Below, in pieces: positions 1 through 11,050 of a stretch of DNA of 64,000 bases. Under the pieces are notes generated by a model. The model did no database searches and was not told the origin of the DNA. It saw nothing but the letters and a program-made list of their open reading frames with translations. Both the position numbers and the translations under genes were made by a program. Within the stretch, counting starts at the first letter, position 1. Every line of letters begins with the position of its first letter. The DNA comes from Girardia tigrina (lineage: Eukaryota), in the NCBI GenBank assembly GCA_001938485.1, contig MQRK01214315.1, positions 19,372 to 83,371 on the forward strand. Reading direction: 5' to 3'.

Positions 1-845
1 TAAATACAATATTACACAGGTTGAATTCAAGGTAATTTTAAAAATAACTTAACCTTATGTTATGATTTTATAGATTGCGATAATGCCGAGAAGAGTATTC
101 TCTTTCTCGGGTGATTTTAATAGAGGTATATAGAAAATATGAGTAATATATAAATTATATGTACCTTTTCTGGTTTTTAATTTTTAGTTCTTAGTTTTTG
201 TTTTTCAACTTCGTAATACAGCTCTTTTTATATAAAATGACAGGTGTTTTTTCTTGACACTTCAGTATTCCTTTTCTCTTTTTCAAAATCACTTCAGTCT
301 TTCAAAATCAGCTATCGACCTCTTCAATTTTTAAAAATAAATCAGCTGTCTTTCTTAATTAATTAGGATTTTTACTTTTTAATTAATTTGACCTTTCTTT
401 TTCTTAGTTTATCTTGTTCTTTTGAGGTTCTTTTTCTGTGATTTCAAATAATTAAGCTGCTTCCCTTCTTTTCTTTTACTATCTTCTTTTAAATTTAATT
501 TCTCTCAACTCTTCATATATACTCTAAATATAATTAAGGACTCTCTTTTTACGTAAAATAATTTTCTTTTTATACTTTTTCTATCTTTTTAATTTGATCG
601 TATTTATTAAATTAAAGTTTTATTTTCCTTTCTAATATAATTTCTTGAACTTCTTAATTTAATTATTTACATTTTCCCTAAACTTTATTTCTATTATTCA
701 TATATAATTCATATTTATTATGGTAAATAGATAAATAATGTCTTATTTTATCTATTAATTAAACAATTCATACTTTTAAAATAATTTGATTTTATTACCT
801 CAACAATCAAACAAAAATAACACCATTTTAATTTTAAATTTTTAT

Positions 846-887
846 TCGAAAACATGTTTCGCCACTTTTGTGGCATCTTCAGTTCTG
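846..887 (-). ncRNA. Minimal type I hammerhead ribozyme (Penelope pLTR)
   Basis: Minus strand: agaa CTGAAGA t GCCAC aaaa GTGGC GAAA C at G TT ttc; intact core, 5-bp stem II, palindromic stem III (AAACATGTTT). Confidence 0.8.
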
Positions 888-946
888 TATTTAATTAGAA
901 AGATATTGTTTATATAGAAAGATAACCATTACGTCACAGTGTTACG

Positions 947-1480
947 TCAAAATACTCTAATATGATTGGACGAATCACTTTGCACATTTAGACTAGGTTT
1001 AAGAAACTTTATCAAGAGTGCTTCAGTAATTTTTCTTTCATAATTGTGATCAAAGTTACTAATCAAAACCCGAAAATCATTGTCAAATACCCTCCTTTGA
1101 GTTCCATGACATTTCACTAAATCATTTAATTTACGGGTTTGACTATGTAACTTTTGTAAATAATCACTCTTAAAGCATTTTAAAACATAAGAAACACAAA
1201 AACGAAAATAATCAATACCAACTATGTTAAACAACAACAATCTTACTCTATACAGCTCTTCATAAATTGATCTTCTTAAAAGCTTCTTTTTAAACTTTGA
1301 AGTTTCTTCATCCAGAAACAACGAATGAAGTTTTACATTGTGGATGAATTTCGGTACCATATTCTCATTCTTGCATATCAATAAAAAATTGATATCCATG
1401 TTTTTCTTTTCAAATTTGATGTATAATTTCACATACTTCTTTAATGTGTTTTTAAATAAATCAAATGGTAATTTAGTCAT
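947..1480 (-). CDS. 177-aa Penelope-derived ORF: N-terminal domain fused in frame to the GIY-YIG C-terminus
   Basis: Open from MTKLPF (ATG at 1480, just after the pLTR repeat) to the stop; N-terminal FLLICKNENMVPKF resembles PLE N-termini; no RT motifs. Confidence 0.6.
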   Translation of the reverse strand: MTKLPFDLFKNTLKKYVKLYIKFEKKNMDINFLLICKNENMVPKFIHNVKLHSLFLDEETSKFKKKLLRRSIYEELYRVRLLLFNIVGIDYFRFCVSYVLKCFKSDYLQKLHSQTRKLNDLVKCHGTQRRVFDNDFRVLISNFDHNYERKITEALLIKFLKPSLNVQSDSSNHIRVF

Positions 1481-2281
1481 TAAACAAAAATAACACCATT
1501 TTAATGTTATATTTTCTATAATGTTATACATCAAATTTGAAAAGAAAAACATGGATATCAATTTTTTATTGATATTGATTCTCTTAACAGACGCAATCGC
1601 CATCATCAAATGAAGATGTCAACTCTTTGAACATACAGCTGATTTTGCCCTGCCAAATACTTCTTTAGGGCAGTATAAATGTATTTAATTTCTAGAAATC
1701 AAGAGAAAAGACTTGTGGTATCTTGTAATGCAAAATGAAATAAACTTATGTGTTGTATATGACTAACTAATAAATACTCACACAATGACACAGTTTCAAT
1801 GACAGAAATATTACCTTTTCAGTAAGATCTTAAGATGGAAAATGCATCATTTACTGATTAAATTTCTTAAAAAGAATACATGATAAATAACTACGAGAAT
1901 ATTAAATGATAACTCTTGCAATTTAAACAGAGAAACCGTTTTCTAAATAGACTGCCTTGTGGTAAATCCTTTATACCAAAGATAATGAACCTATATACTT
2001 TCAGCTATTAGTGGTCGAAAGTTAAAAATTTTGTTTGAAATTGACTTTAGAAATTACTATGTTGATTATTTTTCCTATGATCTTTACATTTACTTAAATT
2101 TAATGAAGAGAACTAACCGATAGTGTAGTGTTACTTTATTAAAAAAAGATTTCGAAGTCATTTGACTTTCTTATAAAACTGACTATAGGAAAATTATCTG
2201 AAATTCAAACACAACCTTCACATTAAATTATTAATAAAAAATTATTCAATATTAATTTTGAATTTATGTATTATTCAATAG

Positions 2282-2852
2282 GGCTAAATGATGTTAAAGG
2301 AAAATCAACCTTTTATTTAATGTTTGATGGTCTATGTCCTGAAGCACATGATAATATAACAGATTATGTAAAGCAACCAGAACATTAATTAATCTTAATT
2401 TATTTTATACATGATAATTTATTATCTTTAAAAATCACTTCTTTTTTATTACAAATTCTGGAATTAAACTTACTTAAAATAAATAAAAACCGAGACATTA
2501 TTTTAATATTTTTTTTAAATATTAATTTACTTTAAAAAAGGTTCTATAATCAAATTTTATCATTTTACAATTATATAAAATCACGAAATATGTTATTTGA
2601 TATTATAATTGATGTATTCTCTTTTACAAAATCGAACACCTATAATTTGCAGATTCGATTATCATTGGTGGAAATTGTCTAAATAGAATTTTATATTTTT
2701 CAAAAATTATTTTATTTTTATAACTTGAGTTAAGACGTTGTGAAATGGTAACACCCTCTAAAATAGACAAATTTAATATAGACGCAATTATTGGAAGTTA
2801 TGGATGCAAAGGAATTTGGTCAACCTATGAAGGATCGTTTTCTAATATTCAA
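2282..2852 (+). pseudogene. Candidate degraded host exons, product unknown
   Basis: AG-flanked segments GLNDVKGKSTFYLMFDGLCPEAHD.. and ..RRCEMVTPSK..GSYGCKGIWSTYEGSFSNIQ followed by GT; one in-frame TAA. Confidence 0.25.
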
Positions 2853-3766
2853 GTACGAATTTATTAACTATTATATATATATATATGCAAAATAAACTGT
2901 CCACAGTTTTAAATAAATAAATTTATAATTCTTTTATAAATTATAAAAATTCTTGATAATAAATAAAATGTATTATACTTTTCTAATTTAAGTAAATATT
3001 CAAAATTTTTCATTTTTAAATTTGGGAAGACAAGATATAGTTCTGAAATCATGCGTGACTAGAAATAAATTGTATCACTGCATCGCATGGGCAATAATCC
3101 CCAAGGGATCATGGTAAATTTTAAAATTAAAGTGTCGATACAATTTTTATAAAAAATAAGAAATTATTATTATGAGAGTATTAAAATTTGTTATTTATTT
3201 GTGTGATGAATATGTATAATAATACTAGTAATAGTAATAATTATAATTTTTATTATTATCACTTCTTTTAATTTCACCTTCTCAAGAACAGGACCATTAT
3301 TACTGCCGGTCCCGAAAATTTTGAAATTGTATTCTACCAGAAAAAAATTGCTTTTTTACAGTGAGACAAATTTCGTTAAGATGATCAAAAAAGATGCAAA
3401 TTATATGAAGGTGGTTCAATGAAAATCTATCGACAAATAAATTGGACCAATTTAAATTTATTATATATTAGGTTGATGCAAAAGAAAAATCGTTTTTTAA
3501 CCGCCAACTTTAAATTAACACATTTTTCTTTACAATTAACTTTATTGGTCAAAATAAAAACCATTACATTGAACACACTGTTGCCAACGGGTAATAAGTT
3601 TTTTTATTCCAGTTTCATAAGTTTCTAATGTTCTGGAGGCGATGAAGTCATCCAAGGCTCTTTTAGCATCTCCTTGGTTCCTGAAGCATTTTTTGCGAAG
3701 GAACTAGCTGAAATGTTTGAAAAGGTGATAATAGAATTAGTCTATAGGAGAAAGGTCTGGTGAGTA

Positions 3767-5291
3767 GCGGGATTTTCCGAATATAAGCGCACCTGTGCTT
3801 ATTTCAAGGTTTTGTTGCTAAAAATAGGCGCATGCTCCTATGTTTGGGCAAAGAAACTGAGATTATGCTTCCATATGAATTGATCAAAAATTAGTCAAAA
3901 AATAATTGTAGTGGTTTCAACCTAAAGTCCGAAATTTATGGGAAAAATGAAAACCACAACAATTATTTTTTTGACCAATTATTTTTTAATCAATTCAACT
4001 GTTATGGAATTTTAGCTGTTTTTAGCACTTTTTACACTTTATACGTTAATTTAATATATTATTTATTTAGTAGAATTTAATCTCCGTTTTAGATTAGATT
4101 TTTGTTCACACACATTGAAACATTTTGAAACAAGTTTATTTATGTAAATATTAATTACATTATCGACATTTGTTTTATCGACATATATATATTACCATCA
4201 GAGTTTAAAGTACTTATTTCCACGGACAAAACGCAACAACATTACATCAAGAAAAATAATTCATCATGGACAATTTGATAAACGCAGCAAAAAAGAAATC
4301 CAGGAGCAGGTTTAACAGTATCTATTGGAAATTTGTGTTGCTACAGCTGGCTGTTTAACATGAATGAAACTCCTTGTTATAAAATTGTCTTTTAGTCCGG
4401 GGATGCTTATAAGCCTTACAATCGGATATGGTACGCGAATGCACATGATACTTTGTGGGCAATAAAAATGTTGAAGGAGCAGATACTGACCATCGAAAAA
4501 ATAAAACTTCTAAAATAAACCATTAGTTTTTTTTGGATTCCTATAGAACTCACAAAAGAGAAAAGATTGTGGAATATCTTGCAACGAAATATGCCTCAAA
4601 AGCTGTGATAATTCCTGTAAAAACGACATATTTCACAGAACCACTGGATGTTGTTATCAATTCCATGTTTAAAAAACCAATGAAAGATGAATGGGCTATG
4701 TGGATAAGAGAAGAAACATCAGAATTTACACCAAAAGCTTATCGAAAAGGCCCGAACTATCAGAAAATAGTTGATATGGTTATTTCAACTTGCAATTCTG
4801 TGGCAGTCCAGTCAATCAAAATTGCATTTTAATGATGTGGAATAAAAGTGATTGGTAAAAAAGGGGAAATAACAAAACTCAACCAAAACTTTCAAAAATC
4901 CTTGAAAATGAACATGGTCTGGTGCTTGCAGCAGAAAAAGAGGAATTCAATATTGAAGCAGGAGACGATGTAATTGTTGATGAAAGTGAAGAACTTATTG
5001 AAGAAGAAAACTTTATAACTGTATCAGAAGAGTTAGATAATAATGATTTTGTAAGCATTCATGATAGCTGTGATGAGTAAATGTATAAATTTTAATTTTT
5101 ATTAATAAAGACATTCTTTTCCCTTATTTAATATATAATTTAATTCATTTTCTATATAAAATGCAATTTCGAGGTAATATTGGCAGTGTCCAAAAATAAG
5201 CACATGCACTTATTTTTAGGGACAAAGTGGGACACCTAAAATGCATAAAAACTAAATACAAGTGCATGTGCTTATTTACGGAAAATCCCGG
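3767..5291 (+). mobile_element. pogo/Tigger-type DNA transposon nested in mariner
   Basis: TIR (G/C)CGGGATTTTCCG..TAAGC; TA TSD at 3765-66 and 5292-93; DDE_1 fragment 4533-4832 (DSYRTH..EPLDVVIN) plus acidic tail. Confidence 0.85.
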
Positions 5292-5639
5292 TACGGTGGA
5301 TAAAGCAAAGTTTCATATTCCAGTTCGTTTAACTTCAGCATGGTGGAAGAGCGTTGTCATGCAGAAGAATTGGCCCCTTATTATTAAGTAATGTCGGCCG
5401 TTTTTTGTAGGTCTTGGTGCATTTTGTGAATTTGCTGACTGTTAAGGGGTTCTTTTTGGTGAACTGTAAATTTTTGAAATTTTTAAATTAAAAATCATAT
5501 ATATTTGAGATAAGTTAAAATAATTTTAAACTAATTTTAGAAAAGCAAATTAAAAAAAATAGAAAGTCGGATTAAAATGAATGTCTATAATTTAAGCTCA
5601 AATCAAAATGAAAATAATTAGTTTTACAAAGAATTAATA

Positions 5640-5885
5640 TTTTAAAATCAAGTTGTAAAATAAAAAATCATGTTTTAGTGAAGCCACTGTAATGTTTACA
5701 CTGTCCACTGAAATTTTTATTAAAAAAATAATTTATTGAATGTTTTAAAATTGAGTTGTAAAATAGAAATCATGTTTATTGAATTTAATTGTCAACTGAA
5801 AAGTTTTATTAAAAAAATAATTTAATGAATGTTTTCTTTTGAAAAAATCGAGTTGTAAAGTAAAAATCATAATGTTTTATTGAAG
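5640..5885. repeat. ~105-bp degenerate tandem repeat within an AT-rich insertion in the mariner
   Basis: Three copies of aaaat(c/t)(a/g)agttgtaaa(a/g)tar aaatcat..gttt near 5645, 5748 and 5845. Confidence 0.5.
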
Positions 5886-6497
5886 TGTTTTACGCAAAAG
5901 CAGAGAACACACGTTAGAACGACGATTTTTTTTGATTTTCGTTTAATTCGTGCGGTACCCACATGTCCACATGGTGAACGTTGAGTTCTTGAGCGACTCA
6001 CCGTGAATTTTTATGTGGGTCGCCATTGATTAACTTCTTCAAATGGTCGTCATCAACTTGTGATGGTCTACTACCATGTTCTTCATCTCCAAGGCTCTCG
6101 TTGCCACTACGAAACTTAGAAAACCAACATTGTACTGTTCGTAAATTAGTGGTGTGTTGTCCAAATACATTGTTAATATTCCGAGCCGTTTCTGTCGCTT
6201 TTCGACCTAGTTTGAAATCGTAGAATAAAATGGTTCTCATTTCCTTCTTTTCTAACATTTCTAAAATAAAATAAATACACCTTAAATTAACAACAATAAT
6301 GTCATACTTGGTATCAAGATATATAGTAAAGTTTAAGCTTTAAAGTAAATTTAAATATGAATCTATTTATTAATGATTTTCTAAATATTTCAAACAATGA
6401 AAATTAAATATATTACAAACGATATTTCTTTTGCATCAACCTAATAATATCGTATAATTTACATTTTAATTTGTGTAAAACTGCTAATCTTATAATG

Positions 6498-6666
6498 CAG
6501 TGGTTTCCAACCTGTGGGGCGCGAGACTGTTGCAAAGGGGGCATGCAGCTGTTTCCAAAATATCATTTTTGAATACAAACCAAAAAAATCGAATAGGTAT
6601 CACAAAAAATGAATCAACAATTTTTTTAAAGGGAAGCACAGGTACAAAAAAGGTTTGAAACCACTG
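6498..6666. mobile_element. hAT (Charlie/Buster-type) MITE
   Basis: TIR CAGTGGTTTCCAACCT / AGGTTTGAAACCACTG; 8-bp TSD ttataatg/ttctaatg. Confidence 0.85.
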
Positions 6667-6700
6667 TTCTAATGGATGTCTAATCACTTTACAAGTGTAG

Positions 6701-9700
6701 CAAGGGCGGATCCAGAGAACAAGTCTGGGGGGTGGTAATTTTTAATAAATAAAATTACTAAAATTATAGGAGTCCGATTAAAGTATTTTATTATCAAAGT
6801 ACACGTAAAAAACTATATTCCTGCTCGGAATACTTATCGTTATCCTCGGATAATAGGCGAACTCTCCGAGCTAGAGTCATTCATTGGAGTGCATTACTTG
6901 CATTTTCTCTTTAATCCTACTTCTGGCGCATCTACCGCAACCGTTGTAGGAGCAATAGTCACAGTATTTGGCGTTTTTGCTCCATGTCAGAGTACAATAC
7001 TTGAAATTGGAGACAATACACATGCGTCTGAGATTTTTTGTTGTCGTCTCTGAAAACTTTAATGTTTTGAGTATTGTTTCTTTTTCACTCGTCTAGGAAC
7101 CCAAACAACCTGCCACAATGGTGCCCAGTCGAACTTTCTATCATTTGTGGTGCTTTTTGGCCTCCTCTTTCAGCTTTTTATATTTCGCCTAATTGTCTTT
7201 TCTGGCTTTCTTAAGATTTTTAAGAGTTTTGTACGGTGTTTTGACATCGATCTGTGAGTATTCTTTTGTACCTTTATTGAATATTTGTACGTCGACTCTG
7301 CTTTTCGAGTCAGACAAAGCGCTCTCACGGTCTTAAATTATTTTTAAGATTGATTTTTCCGATGATATTGTTTCCTCGACATTCTGCATCACCCCATTAT
7401 GTATGTCAATAATCATCGGACTATTTCTTTTACAGAAACACAAGACATGTATTTGTGTCTCTGTACATTTACCGCACGCTCGGCAGAGTGTTTCATTGTG
7501 TGGTTTTCTCGGTTTGAAATTAGGTGGGAGATTGTTTGTTCTGGTACAGTGAAGGAATTGCCATTATTCTTTTGAAATGTTTTCACTATATATGACATGA
7601 ACAGTACCTTTGTTGTCTGTAATTGCAACTGCAGAGAGTCCAGCCACCGTTTTTGCTCCACTTTATGAATTTTAGTATTGCATACAAACGATGGGATTTG
7701 GAGGAGATTAAGTGTATGGGAGTTTTAGAAATCAACATCGATTCCGTATTGGTATTGATCTTTAAACAGATTCTAAGTTCGTTCGTGGTGAATCTTGCTC
7801 GCAACCAAATAGAGTCGAGGTATTTAATTGAGTTACGAAGCTTTGTCCACCACTATTTGTACCCGTTCTCTTCAGTTTGTCACCTTGATTTAACCAGTCT
7901 AGGCAATCAGAGACTATCCAGTCTCTCTTTGTTTTGTTGTACTTATCTAGAGTTTTTGCTAAATTAATTAGTGTTAATTCCTGAGATGTCTAGTCCGAAC
8001 AAGTGAGATTTCAAAATACTTGCACTATCGATTGCATTGCATATTCATCTCTGACTGACACAAGTCCAAGTCCTCCAAGAGCCTTATCTGCATAAAAGTA
8101 TTCAGTGGAGGAGTTCTCGACTGTGCCACATATTTGTTTCGATAGTCATCGGAGTTCGACATCCAGTTTGCTCTTAAAAACTGAATTTTTCTTTACGTGA
8201 TGACTGTAGTTTGTTAGTTCCCGATGAGTAAAACATTGATTTTTATTAAAGGATTTGCAAAATGTCGACACATCCACACTCACATTTTTTTAAACAATTT
8301 ACACAAATACAAAGATAACTCAATAAAAAAACTGAATTAATATTATTTGACAGTTTTAAAAATTTAAACTGCATTAAGTTGCAAAACAAAATAATTTGTA
8401 AATAGTTTGACTGGGTGGGTGATCACAAATTCTAAAGAATAATTATGATTATCAATAATATTAAGAAAAATGGTTATTTCAAAGAAATATAAATGCTTAC
8501 CTTCAGGTAATATCTTATTTGTAATTATTCAACACAAATGCCAACAACTGGTACACAAAACAATTAGCGTTCTTTTATCACAACGTAATATCCGTATAAT
8601 AAACTTTAAAAATTGAGTTAAGTCCTTTACATGGTACTTATCTCGTTTTGAGTTTTAGTTTTATAGTGAAATAACCCTAAAAATTAAGACAGGAAAATAA
8701 AATAAGTTTGCACTATGATTAACCTTCTACACAGTAGCTTAAAAAAATTCTTACATTACTTTATTTATTTATGATACACTTTATTATATTCAACTGTCTG
8801 TAGTTCGACAACAATTAAATATAGACATATGGTGTATAGAAGAAAAAGTTCTTAGATTTAAGTCTATTTTCAAAAAATGCAAAAATATGTAGAACATTTC
8901 AATTCAAAAATGTTATTTTTCTTGGTACACCGTGTATAGGGAAATTACCTTGGTGTAAAATAACATTCAATTTCTAAAAAATTTTGTATAAAAGTTTTTT
9001 TTCTATGAACTTTAGTTTTCGAAATATTTAACCGTCCCCATACTTTTAAATTACCCTGTATAAAATAGGATGTTTCTAAACAGCATTTATTGAGTACATT
9101 CTAAAAATTAAATAAATTAAAAAAGTTTCATTTCAAAACACTACCTTTTTGGCCATAACGTTTTTTCTACCCTGTTTATTTCTACCAAAAATTTTGGTAA
9201 CGTCCTTATCATATTCTTAAGCTACATGCCAAATGTTATTGTTCTATGATAAAAGATTTTTGAGATAATTGACCAACAGACAGAATGTTGTGAGGTTTTA
9301 CTTAAGAAAGAGTCAACGTTTAGTATAAAATATATGTATATTTTCTTATAATGTCTCTAAACAAAATAAGTTCCGTAGAATATGGACTTAGGCTCATTAG
9401 ATTATTGAACTCTTGAGAAAGTTAATAATTAAACAACGGAACGTTTGGAACCGATAAAATATGAGTTTTCTTTACCAAAGTCTTCACTCCCGCTACAATG
9501 TTTATGTTTAAATTTGAGATTCCAGGGTAGGGGGTAATTTGAATGCAAAAAAACAGAACAAAAAATGTTGACATAAAAATGTTTATAAATCATCAAAATC
9601 TCCGTCAAACAAATGATCAAATGGGTTCCACTGAGCTTGAGCCTCTTGTATCAATGCATATAATTCAGGAAGTTTTATAGGCTAGGGCGGATCCAGGGGG

Positions 9701-9737
9701 TAATTACCCCCTTTACCCCCTCCTGGATCCACCTTTG
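6701..9737. mobile_element. Non-autonomous hAT element containing a non-LTR fragment
   Basis: TIR CAAGGGCGGATCCAG / CTGGATCCACCTTTG; perfect 8-bp TSD aagtgtag at 6693-6700 and 9738-9745. Confidence 0.85.
6780..8250 (-). mobile_element. 5'-truncated, decayed RLE-type non-LTR retrotransposon (NeSL/R2/Utopia group)
   Basis: Minus-strand motifs EYFYADKALGGLGLVSVRDEY, IDVKTPY and VAGCLGS align with the element at 54.7-57.1 kb (YLYTPKENGGVGI, IDVKCPY, VGCLGTW). Confidence 0.8.
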
Positions 9738-10639
9738 AAGTGTAGCGACCACCTTAAAAAACCGAAAATACAAAAATTATAATTATCAAAAAAGAAAATT
9801 ATTTTCATAAAAATATTTATACATATTAATTAAATATACTAAAATAACGATATAAATTATTTATTATAACTCAATTTATATACAATTTGTTTTAATAAAA
9901 TTTTTGTTCTCGTTCAAAAAAGATTAGTTCTTTCTTCAAATATATATTAATTTCATTTTTATTCATTGACTGGCTCTCAGTTCAAATGGAAGTATTCGAA
10001 TGTCACTTGTTAGTTATTTGTGCCTCGGAAACCAATTACCCTACGAAAATGAGAATGATGTACAATTGATATAACTGAGAAAAAAATAAATCCTTTTTAA
10101 TTAAGTAAATATAAATTAAACTAAACTTCGTTTAATTGATCCTATTATTTTTTAGTGCTTTGGTTATAAAATAATTTATCTTTTGAAACAGACAGTTTAA
10201 TTTGTCATACTCGGATCTCATTTTCATTAATTTAAACATAGCCCTTTAAATCATTAAAAAACAATGAAACCAATAAAAATCTATTGGAGCGAGGTCCTTA
10301 GATTGAGGATGATGCTCTAACAATTTTATTAGAATATTCAAGCTTTCATTATTATCTAATAAAAATGTTTTAACTATTGTGCCCCTGACATTTTTACTTT
10401 TTGTAAATCTCCATCGCATTTTTGATCACAAGTCTTGAATATTTTCTGTGATTAACTGTGAAAATTTTGCAAGGAAAGACTTGTGATTGTTTAAATAATG
10501 TCGGACGTGTATTGCACTTTTTAAAATAACAAGTTGTATGTTGAATGAAATTTTCATGGAAATTAATTTTCTTTCTTGAGAAAAATTTGAATACTTAAAA
10601 TTTTGAATCACTTCTTTATGAAATTGAACGAGTAATTTT

Positions 10640-11020
10640 GTACCATCTCGAAGATCAAGCGCTGTCTTTCGGGCTCACACAAGGCATCGCGACCAGTTTG
10701 ATGATGATAATGAGCGGTTGTCTCAGGGGGACCCTCTGAGACATCGTCCACGAATCAGAACAAGGGATTTTGTCGGCCGAGTTATAAACTAGAAATCTAC
10801 ACGAGCATCAGAGGGCGTCGCGGTCAAACAGGAGTGCCGTTCCATGGGATTCGCCATACCACTGAGCTGGTCTATGAGGAGCAGGACAGTCGTGGCATCT
10901 GAGCGACTCACTAATGTCGACGCGACTTTCGATCAGGATTTTCGACTGACAATACCCTCCACAATTTAGTGGCCCAGGAATGGAACTGACTCGAGTGAGC
11001 AGCCGGACCACAATAACATT
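10640..11020 (-). pseudogene. GC-richer island, possibly N-terminal zinc-finger fragment of a non-LTR element
   Basis: LRCHDCPAP followed after a frameshift by GMANPMERH (C2H2-like spacing); sharp compositional shift. Confidence 0.3.
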
Positions 11021-11050
11021 CAATTTTTAGAGCAAAATTATCATGCATAT

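Larger units (their letters stand above)
809..1612 (-). mobile_element. Internally deleted (RT-less) Penelope-like element with pLTR and hammerhead
   Basis: ORF ends in a PLE GIY-YIG C-terminus (DFRVLISN..ERKITEALLIKFLKPSLNVQ); identical 24-bp direct repeat at 809-832 and 1482-1505; hammerhead core 3' of the stop. Confidence 0.8.
3468..6444 (-). mobile_element. mariner (cecropia/Hsmar1-like) relic interrupted by two insertions
   Basis: TIRs TTAGGTTGATGCAAAAGAAAwATCGTTT at both ends with TA; N-terminal HTH ORF 5998-6258 (RKATETARNIN); WVPHEL near 5960; PPYSPDLSP split by the pogo insertion. Confidence 0.9.

Noticed and set aside
70-804. Possible minus-strand solo LTR and hairpin at 84-111
   Set aside because: No second copy or TSD in the window.
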